Origin: Auanema rhodensis
Taxonomy: Eukaryota; Animalia; Nematoda
DNA: 64,000 nucleotides
Assembly: GCA_964057225.1 (NCBI GenBank)
Contig: OZ059895.1
Coordinates: forward strand, 3,162,001 to 3,226,000
Reading direction: 5' to 3'
Positions 54,901 to 64,000 of the stretch are shown here, piece after piece. The position numbers and the translations under genes are program-made. Under the pieces are notes generated by a model. It had not been told where the DNA came from, made no database searches, and worked only from the letters and a program-made list of their open reading frames with translations. The first letter of the stretch is position 1. Every line of letters begins with the position of its first letter.

Positions 54901-57900
54901 AAGAACTTTGATTTTTGTACACCCATAAATTATACGCAGCACAGGTTACACTTAAATAATGAACTGACCGACTAATCAGACATGGATCTTTCCTAGTTCT
55001 GTTGCTTGAATGGATGTTTTCCTACGTAGGCTAGTAAAACATGCCCTTCAAAGCATCAGAACATGTGATCACATTCCAATTTTTTTGTATCTATCTTGTA
55101 AAGATAGTAATATATCATATGTTGAACACTATGTTGGAAAGATTTTAATTCAGATTTACGAACTTTTATTCAGTTTGTTTTTTAAACTTTGATTAAGAAC
55201 TTTGATTTTTGTACACCCATAAATTATACGCAGCACAGGTTACCCTTAATTAATGAACTGACCGACTAATCAGACATGGATCTTTCCAAGTTCTGTTGCT
55301 TGAACGGATGTTTTCCTACATAGGCTAGTAAAACATGCCCTTCAAAGCATCAGAACATGTGATCACATTCCAATTTTTTTGTATCTATCTTGTAAAGATA
55401 GTAATATATCATATGTTGAACACTATGTTGGAAAGATTTTAATTCAGATTTTCTAACTTTTATTCAGTTTGTTTTTTAAACTTTGATTAAGAACTTTGAT
55501 TTTTGTACACCCATAAATTATACGCAGCACAGGTTACCCTTGAATAATGAACTGACCGACTAATCAGACATGGATCTTTCCTAGTTCTGTTGCTTGAATG
55601 GATGTTTTCCTACGTAGGCTAGTAAAACATGCCCTTCAAAGCATCAGAACATGTGATCACATTCCAATTTTTTTGTATCTATCTTGTAAAGATAGTAATA
55701 TATCATATGTTGAACACTATGTTGGAAAGATTTTAATTCAGATTTTCTAACTTTTATTCAGTTTGTTTTTTAAACTTTGATTAAGAACTTTGATTTTTGT
55801 ACACCCATAAATTATACGCAGCACAGGTTACCCTTAAATAATGAACTGACCGACTAATCAGACATGGATCTTTCCTAGTTCTGTTGCTTGAATGGATGTT
55901 TTCCTACGTAGGCTAGTAAAACATGCCCTTCAAAGCATCAGAACATGTGATCACATTCCAATTTTTTTGAAATCTATCTTGTAAAGATAGTAATATATCA
56001 TATGTTGAACACTATGTTGGAAAGATTTTAATTCAGATTTTTTCAACTTTCACTCAGTTTGTTTTCTAAACTTTGATTAAGAACCTTGTTGTTTGTACAC
56101 CCATAAAATATACGCAGCACAGGTTACCCTTAAATAATGAACTGACCGTCTAATCAGACATGGATCTTCCCAAGTTCTGTTGCTTGAATGGATGTTTTCC
56201 TACGTAGGCTAGTAAAACATGCCCTTCAAAGCATCAGAACATGTGATCACATTCCAATTTTTTTGTATCTATCTTGTAAAGATAGTAATATATCATATGT
56301 TGAACACTATGTTGGAAAGATTTTAATTCAGATTTTCTAACTTTTATTCAGTTTGTTTTTTAAACTTTGATTAAGAACTTTGATTTTTGTACAATCATAA
56401 ATTATACGCAGCACAGGTTACCCTTAAATAATGAACTGACCGACTAATCAGACATGGATCTTTCCTAGTTCTGTTGCTTGAATGGATGTTTTCCTACGTA
56501 GGCTAGTAAAACATGCCCTTCAAAGCATCAGAACATGTGATCACATTCCAATTTTTTTGTATCTATCTTGTAAAGATAATAATATATCATATGTTGAACA
56601 CTATGTTGGAAAGATTTTAATTCACATTTTTTCAACTTTCACTCAATTTGTTTTCTAAACTTTGATTAAGAACTTTGATTTTTGTACACCCATAAATTAT
56701 ACGCAGCACAGGTTACCCTTGAATAATGAACTGACCGACTAATCAGACATGGATCTTTCCTAGTTCTGTTGCTTGAATGGATGTTTTCCTACGTAGGCTA
56801 GTAAAACATGCCCTTCAAAGCATCAGAACATGTGATCACATTCCAATTTTTTTGAAATCTATCTTGTAAAGATAGTAATAAACTTTGATTTTTGTACACC
56901 CATAAATTATACGCAGCACAGGTTACCCTTAAATAATGAACTGACCGACTAATCAGACATGGATCTTTCCTAGTTCTGTTGCTTGAATGGATGTTTTCCT
57001 ACGTAGGCTAGTAAAACATGCCCTTCAAAGCATCAGAACATGTGATCACATTCCAATTTTTTTGTATCTTTCTTGTAAAGATAGTAATATATCATATGTT
57101 GAACACTATGTTGGAAAGATTTTAATTCAGATTTTCGAACTTTTATTCAGTTTGTTTTTTAAACTTTGATTAAGAACTTTGATTTTTGTACACCCATAAA
57201 TTATACGCAGCACAGGTTACCCTTAATTAATGAACTGACCGACTAATCAGACATGGATCTTTCCAAGTTCTGTTGCTTGAACGGATGTTTTCCTACGAAG
57301 GCTAGTAAAACATGCCCTTCAAAGCATCAGAACATGTGATCACATTCCAATATTTTTGTATCTATCTTGTAAAGATAGTAATATATCATATGTTGAACAC
57401 TATGTTGGAAAGATTTTAATTCAGATTTTCTAACTTTTATTCAGTTTGTTTTTTAAACTTTGATTAAGAACTTTGATTTTTGTACACCCATAAATTATAC
57501 GCAGCACAGGTTACACTTAAATAATGAACTGACCGACTAATCAGACATGGATCTTTCCTAGTTCTGTTGCTTGAATGGATGTTTTCCTACGTAGGCTAGT
57601 AAAACATGCCCTTCAAAGCATCAGAACATGTGATCACATTCCAATTTTTTTGTATCTATCTTGTGAAGATAGTAATATATCATATGTTGAACACTATGTT
57701 GGAAAGATTTTAATTCAGATTTACGAACTTTTATTCAGTTTGTTTTTTAAACTTTGATTAAGAACTTTGATTTTTGTACACCCATAAATTATACGCAGCA
57801 CAGGTTACCCTTAATTAATGAACTGACCGACTAATCAGACATGGATCTTTCCAAGTTCTGTTGCTTGAACGGATGTTTTCCTACGTAGGCTAGTAAAACA

Positions 57901-58540
57901 TGCCCTTCAAAGCATCAGAACATGTGATCACATTCCAATTTTTTTGTATCTATCTTGTAAAGATAGTAATATATCATATGTTGAACACTATGTTGGAAAG
58001 ATTTTAATTCAGATTTTCTAACTTTTATTCAGTTTGTTTTCTAAACTTTGATTAAGAACTTTGATTTTTGTACACCCATAAATTATACGCAGCACAGGTT
58101 ACCCTTGAATAATGAACTGACCGACTAATCAGACATGGATCTTTCCTAGTTCTGTTGCTTGAATGGATGTTTTCCTACGTAGGCTAGTAAAACATGCCCT
58201 TCAAAGCATCAGAACATGTGATCACATTCCAATTTTTTTGAAATCTATCTTGTAAAGATAGTAATAAACTTTGATTTTTGTACACCCATAAATTATACGC
58301 AGCACAGGTTACCCTTAAATAATGAACTGACCGACTAATCAGACATGGATCTTTCCTAGTTCTGTTGCTTGAATGGATGTTTTCCTACGTAGGCTAGTAA
58401 AACATGCCCTTCAAAGCATCAGAACATGTGATCACATTCCAATTTTTTTGTATCTATCTTGTAAAGATAATAATATATCATATGTTGAACACTATGTTGG
58501 AAAGATTTTAATTCACATTTTTTCAACTTTCACTCAATTT
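49000..58540 (+). repeat. Block duplication with 5341 bp offset (about 49.0-53.2 kb copied at about 54.3-58.5 kb)
   Basis: ORF offsets 49669/55010, 51646/56987 and 52234/57575. The 296 bp monomers are at 50572 and 55913. Boundaries are approximate. Confidence 0.88.
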
Positions 58541-61500
58541 GTTTTCTAAACTTTGATTAAGAACTTTGATTTTTGTACACCCATAAATTATACGCAGCAC
58601 AGGTTACTCTTGAATAATGAACTGACCGACTAATCAGACATGGATCTTTCCTAGTTCTGTTGCTTGAATGGATGTTTTCCTACGTAGGCTAGTAAAACAT
58701 GCCCTTCAAAGCATCAGAACATGTGATCACATTCCAATTTTTTTGTATCTATCTTGTAAAGATAGTAATAAACTTTGATTTTTGTACACCCATAAATTAT
58801 ACGCAGCACAGGTTACCCTTAAATAATGAACTGACCGACTAATCAGACATGGATCTTTCCTAGTTCTGTTGCTTGAATGGATGTTTTCCTACGTAGGCTA
58901 GTAAAACATGCCCTTCAAAGCATCAGAACATGTGACCACATTCCAATTTTTTTGTATCTATCTTGTAAAGATAATAATATATCATATGTTGAACACAATG
59001 TTGGAAAGATTTTAATTCACATTTTTTCAACTTTCACTCAATTTGTTTTCTAAACTTTGATTAAGAACTTTGATTTTTGTACACCCATAAATTATACGCA
59101 GCACAGGTTACCCTTGAATAATGAACTGACCGACTAATCAGACATGGATCTTTCCTAGTTCTGTTGCTTGAATGGATGTTTTCCTACGTAGGCTAGTAAA
59201 ACATGCCCTTCAAAGCATCAGAACATGTGATCACATTCCAATTTTTTTGTATCTATCTTGTAAAGATAGTAATAAACTTTGATTTTTGTACACCCATAAA
59301 TTATACGCAGCACAGGTTACCCTTAAATAATGAACTGACCGTCTAATCAGACATGGATCTTCCCAAGTTCTGTTGCTTGAATGGATGTTTTCCTACGTAG
59401 GCTAGTAAAACATGCCCTTCAAAGCATCAGAACATGTGATCACATTCCAATTTTTTTGTATCTATCTTGTAAAGATAGTAATATATCATATGTTGAACAC
59501 TATGTTGGAAAGATTTTAATTCAGATTTTCTAACTTTTATTCAGTTTGTTTTTTAAACTTTGATTAAGAACTTTGATTTTTGTACAATCATAAATTATAC
59601 GCAGCACAGGTTACCCTTAAATAATGAACTGACCGACTAATCAGACATGGATCTTTCCTAGTTCTGTTGCTTGAACGGATGTTTTCCTACGAAGGCTAGT
59701 AAAACATGCCCTTCAAAGCATCAGAACATGTGATCACATTCCAATTTTTTTGTATCTATCTTGTAAAGATAGTAATATATCATATGTTGAACACTATGTT
59801 GGAAAGATTTTAATTCAGATTTTCTAACTTTTATTCAGTTTGTTTTTTAAACTTTGATTAAGAACTTTGATTTTTGTACAATCATAAATTATACGCAGCA
59901 CAGGTTACCCTTAAATAATGAACTGACCGACTAATCAGACATGGATCTTTCCTAGTTCTGTTGCTTGAATGGATGTTTTCCTACGTAGGCTAGTAAAACA
60001 TGCCCTTCAAAGCATCAGAACATGTGATCACATTCCAATTTTTTTGAAATCTATCTTGTAAAGATAGTAATATATCATATGTTGAACACTATGTTGGAAA
60101 GATTTTAATTCAGATTTTTTCAACTTTCACTCAGTTTGTTTTCTAAACTTTGATTAAGAACCTTGTTGTTTGTACACCCATAAAATATACGCAGCACAGG
60201 TTACCCTTAAATAATGAACTGACCGTCTAATCAGACATGGATCTTCCCAAGTTCTGTTGCTTGAATGGATGTTTTCCTACGTAGGCTAGTAAAACATGCC
60301 CTTCAAAGCATCAGAACATGTGATCACATTCCAATTTTTTTGTATCTATCTTGTAAAGATAGTAATATATCATATGTTGAACACTATGTTGGAAAGATTT
60401 TAATTCAGATTTTCTAACTTTTATTCAGTTTGTTTTTTAAACTTTGATTAAGAACTTTGATTTTTGTACAATCATAAATTATACGCAGCACAGGTTACCC
60501 TTAAATAATGAACTGACCGACTAATCAGACATGGATCTTTCCTAGTTCTGTTGCTTGAATGGATGTTTTCCTACGTAGGCTAGTAAAACATGCCCTTCAA
60601 AGCATCAGAACATGTGATCACATTCCAATTTTTTTGTATCTATCTTGTAAAGATAATAATATATCATATGTTGAACACTATGTTGGAAAGATTTTAATTC
60701 ACATTTTTTCAACTTTCACTCAATTTGTTTTCTAAACTTTGATTAAGAACTTTGATTTTTGTACACCCATAAATTATACGCAGCACAGGTTACCCTTGAA
60801 TAATGAACTGACCGACTAATCAGACATGGATCTTTCCTAGTTCTGTTGCTTGAATGGATGTTTTCCTACGTAGGCTAGTAAAACATGCCCTTCAAAGCAT
60901 CAGAACATGTGATCACATTCCAATTTTTTTGTATCTATCTTGTAAAGATAGTAATAAACTTTGATTTTTGTACACCCATAAATTATACGCAGCACAGGTT
61001 ACCCTTAAATAATGAACTGACCGACTAATCAGACATGGATCTTTCCTAGTTCTGTTGCTTGAATGGATGTTTTCCTACGTAGGCTAGTAAAACATGCCCT
61101 TCAAAGCATCAGAACATGTGACCACATTCCAATTTTTTTGTATCTATCTTGTAAAGATAATAATATATCATATGTTGAACACAATGTTGGAAAGATTTTA
61201 ATTCACATTTTTTCAACTTTCACTCAATTTGTTTTCTAAACTTTGATTAAGAACTTTGATTTTTGTACACCCATAAATTATACGCAGCACAGGTTACCCT
61301 TGAATAATGAACTGACCGACTAATCAGACATGGATCTTTCCTAGTTCTGTTGCTTGAATGGATGTTTTCCTACGTAGGCTAGTAAAACATGCCCTTCAAA
61401 GCATCAGAACATGTGATCACATTCCAATTTTTTTGAAATCTATCTTGTAAAGATAGTAATAAACTTTGATTTTTGTACACCCATAAATTATACGCAGCAC

Positions 61501-61588
61501 AGGTTACCCTTAAATAATGAACTGACCGACTAATCAGACATGGATCTTTCCTAGTTCTGTTGCTTGAATGGATGTTTTCCTACGTAGG

Positions 61589-63983
61589 CTAGTAAAACAT
61601 GCCCTTCAAAGCATCAGAACATGTGATCACATTCCAATTTTTTTGTATCTTTCTTGTAAAGATAGTAATATATCATATGTTGAACACTATGTTGGAAAGA
61701 TTTTAATTCAGATTTTCGAACTTTTATTCAGTTTGTTTTTTAAACTTTGATTAAGAACTTTGATTTTTGTACACCCATAAATTATACGCAGCACAGGTTA
61801 CCCTTAATTAATGAACTGACCGACTAATCAGACATGGATCTTTCCAAGTTCTGTTGCTTGAACGGATGTTTTCCTACGAAGGCTAGTAAAACATGCCCTT
61901 CAAAGCATCAGAACATGTGATCACATTCCAATATTTTTGTATCTATCTTGTAAAGATAGTAATATATCATATGTTGAACACTATGTTGGAAAGATTTTAA
62001 TTCAGATTTTCTAACTTTTATTCAGTTTGTTTTTTAAACTTTGATTAAGAACTTTGATTTTTGTACACCCATAAATTATACGCAGCACAGGTTACACTTA
62101 AATAATGAACTGACCGACTAATCAGACATGGATCTTTCCTAGTTCTGTTGCTTGAATGGATGTTTTCCTACGTAGGCTAGTAAAACATGCCCTTCAAAGC
62201 ATCAGAACATGTGATCACATTCCAATTTTTTTGTATCTATCTTGTGAAGATAGTAATATATCATATGTTGAACACTATGTTGGAAAGATTTTAATTCAGA
62301 TTTACGAACTTTTATTCAGTTTGTTTTTTAAACTTTGATTAAGAACTTTGATTTTTGTACACCCATAAATTATACGCAGCACAGGTTACCCTTAATTAAT
62401 GAACTGACCGACTAATCAGACATGGATCTTTCCAAGTTCTGTTGCTTGAACGGATGTTTTCCTACGTAGGCTAGTAAAACATGCCCTTCAAAGCATCAGA
62501 ACATGTGATCACATTCCAATTTTTTTGTATCTATCTTGTAAAGATAGTAATATATCATATGTTGAACACTATGTTGGAAAGATTTTAATTCAGATTTTCT
62601 AACTTTTATTCAGTTTGTTTTCTAAACTTTGATTAAGAACTTTGATTTTTGTACACCCATAAATTATACGCAGCACAGGTTACCCTTGAATAATGAACTG
62701 ACCGACTAATCAGACATGGATCTTTCCTAGTTCTGTTGCTTGAATGGATGTTTTCCTACGTAGGCTAGTAAAACATGCCCTTCAAAGCATCAGAACATGT
62801 GATCACATTCCAATTTTTTTGAAATCTATCTTGTAAAGATAGTAATAAACTTTGATTTTTGTACACCCATAAATTATACGCAGCACAGGTTACCCTTAAA
62901 TAATGAACTGACCGACTAATCAGACATGGATCTTTCCTAGTTCTGTTGCTTGAATGGATGTTTTCCTACGTAGGCTAGTAAAACATGCCCTTCAAAGCAT
63001 CAGAACATGTGATCACATTCCAATTTTTTTGTATCTATCTTGTAAAGATAATAATATATCATATGTTGAACACTATGTTGGAAAGATTTTAATTCACATT
63101 TTTTCAACTTTCACTCAATTTGTTTTCTAAACTTTGATTAAGAACTTTGATTTTTGTACACCCATAAATTATACGCAGCACAGGTTACTCTTGAATAATG
63201 AACTGACCGACTAATCAGACATGGATCTTTCCTAGTTCTGTTGCTTGAATGGATGTTTTCCTACGTAGGCTAGTAAAACATGCCCTTCAAAGCATCAGAA
63301 CATGTGATCACATTCCAATTTTTTTGTATCTATCTTGTAAAGATAGTAATAAACTTTGATTTTTGTACACCCATAAATTATACGCAGCACAGGTTACCCT
63401 TAAATAATGAACTGACCGACTAATCAGACATGGATCTTTCCTAGTTCTGTTGCTTGAATGGATGTTTTCCTACGTAGGCTAGTAAAACATGCCCTTCAAA
63501 GCATCAGAACATGTGACCACATTCCAATTTTTTTGTATCTATCTTGTAAAGATAATAATATATCATATGTTGAACACAATGTTGGAAAGATTTTAATTCA
63601 CATTTTTTCAACTTTCACTCAATTTGTTTTCTAAACTTTGATTAAGAACTTTGATTTTTGTACACCCATAAATTATACGCAGCACAGGTTACCCTTGAAT
63701 AATGAACTGACCGACTAATCAGACATGGATCTTTCCTAGTTCTGTTGCTTGAATGGATGTTTTCCTACGTAGGCTAGTAAAACATGCCCTTCAAAGCATC
63801 AGATCATGTGATCACATTCCAATTTTTTTGAAATCTATCTTGTAAAGATAGTAATAAACTTTGATTTTTGTACACCCATAAATTATACGCAGCACAGGTT
63901 ACCCTTAAATAATGAACTGACCGACTAATCAGACATGGATCTTTCCTAGTTCTGTTGCTTGAATGGATGTTTTCCTACGTAGG
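61589..63983 (+). repeat. Second intact 2395 bp 9-mer HOR
   Basis: Same monomer lengths and allele order as 35028-37422. It also matches the copy starting at 57008 (offset 4581) over about eight monomers. Confidence 0.9.
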
Positions 63984-64000
63984 CTAGTAAAACATGCCCT

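Larger units (their letters stand above)
1..64000. repeat. Satellite DNA tandem array, 294 bp major monomer, about 233 copies, extends beyond both window ends
   Basis: The anchor CTAGTAAAACATGCCC recurs at 1, 295, 589, 883 and onward to 63984, with spacings of 294/295/296/281/210/209 bp. Monomers differ at only a few positions. No non-repeat sequence or inversion was seen. The first monomer has 89 G+C in 294 bp. Confidence 0.99.

Noticed and set aside
1450-62338. 41 copies of a 60 aa ORF (MDVFLRRLVKH...)
   Set aside because: It is open only when the ATG allele coincides with the TTCGAA/TACGAA allele. Most monomers have ACG, TAA, frameshifts or the deletion. I recognise no domain. It is best explained as a chance frame in satellite DNA.
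1-64000. CRISPR array or cassette array
   Set aside because: There are no unique spacers or cassettes. The entire unit is repeated and no associated genes are present.

Overview
The whole 64 kb window is one uninterrupted head-to-tail satellite DNA array (about 30% GC, about 233 monomers by manual count, all in one orientation). I found no unique sequence, genes, RNA genes, CRISPR spacers or inserted elements. The main monomer is 294 bp. About 54 monomers are 210/209 bp internal-deletion variants, and 295, 296 and 281 bp variants also occur. Diagnostic alleles turn over from left to right, and monomers are organised into nested higher-order repeats: 798, 1176, 1596, 2395 (9-mer with 8-, 10- and 5-mer derivatives), 3951, 5341 and 6007 bp. 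The most notable sub-monomer structure is a 67 bp imperfect inverted repeat (29/31 nt arms) kept in every monomer, where the common polymorphisms avoid paired positions. The 60 aa ORFs are a by-product of two SNPs. The overall pattern is that of a eukaryotic centromeric or heterochromatic satellite, but I cannot identify the organism or family. All counts were made by eye.
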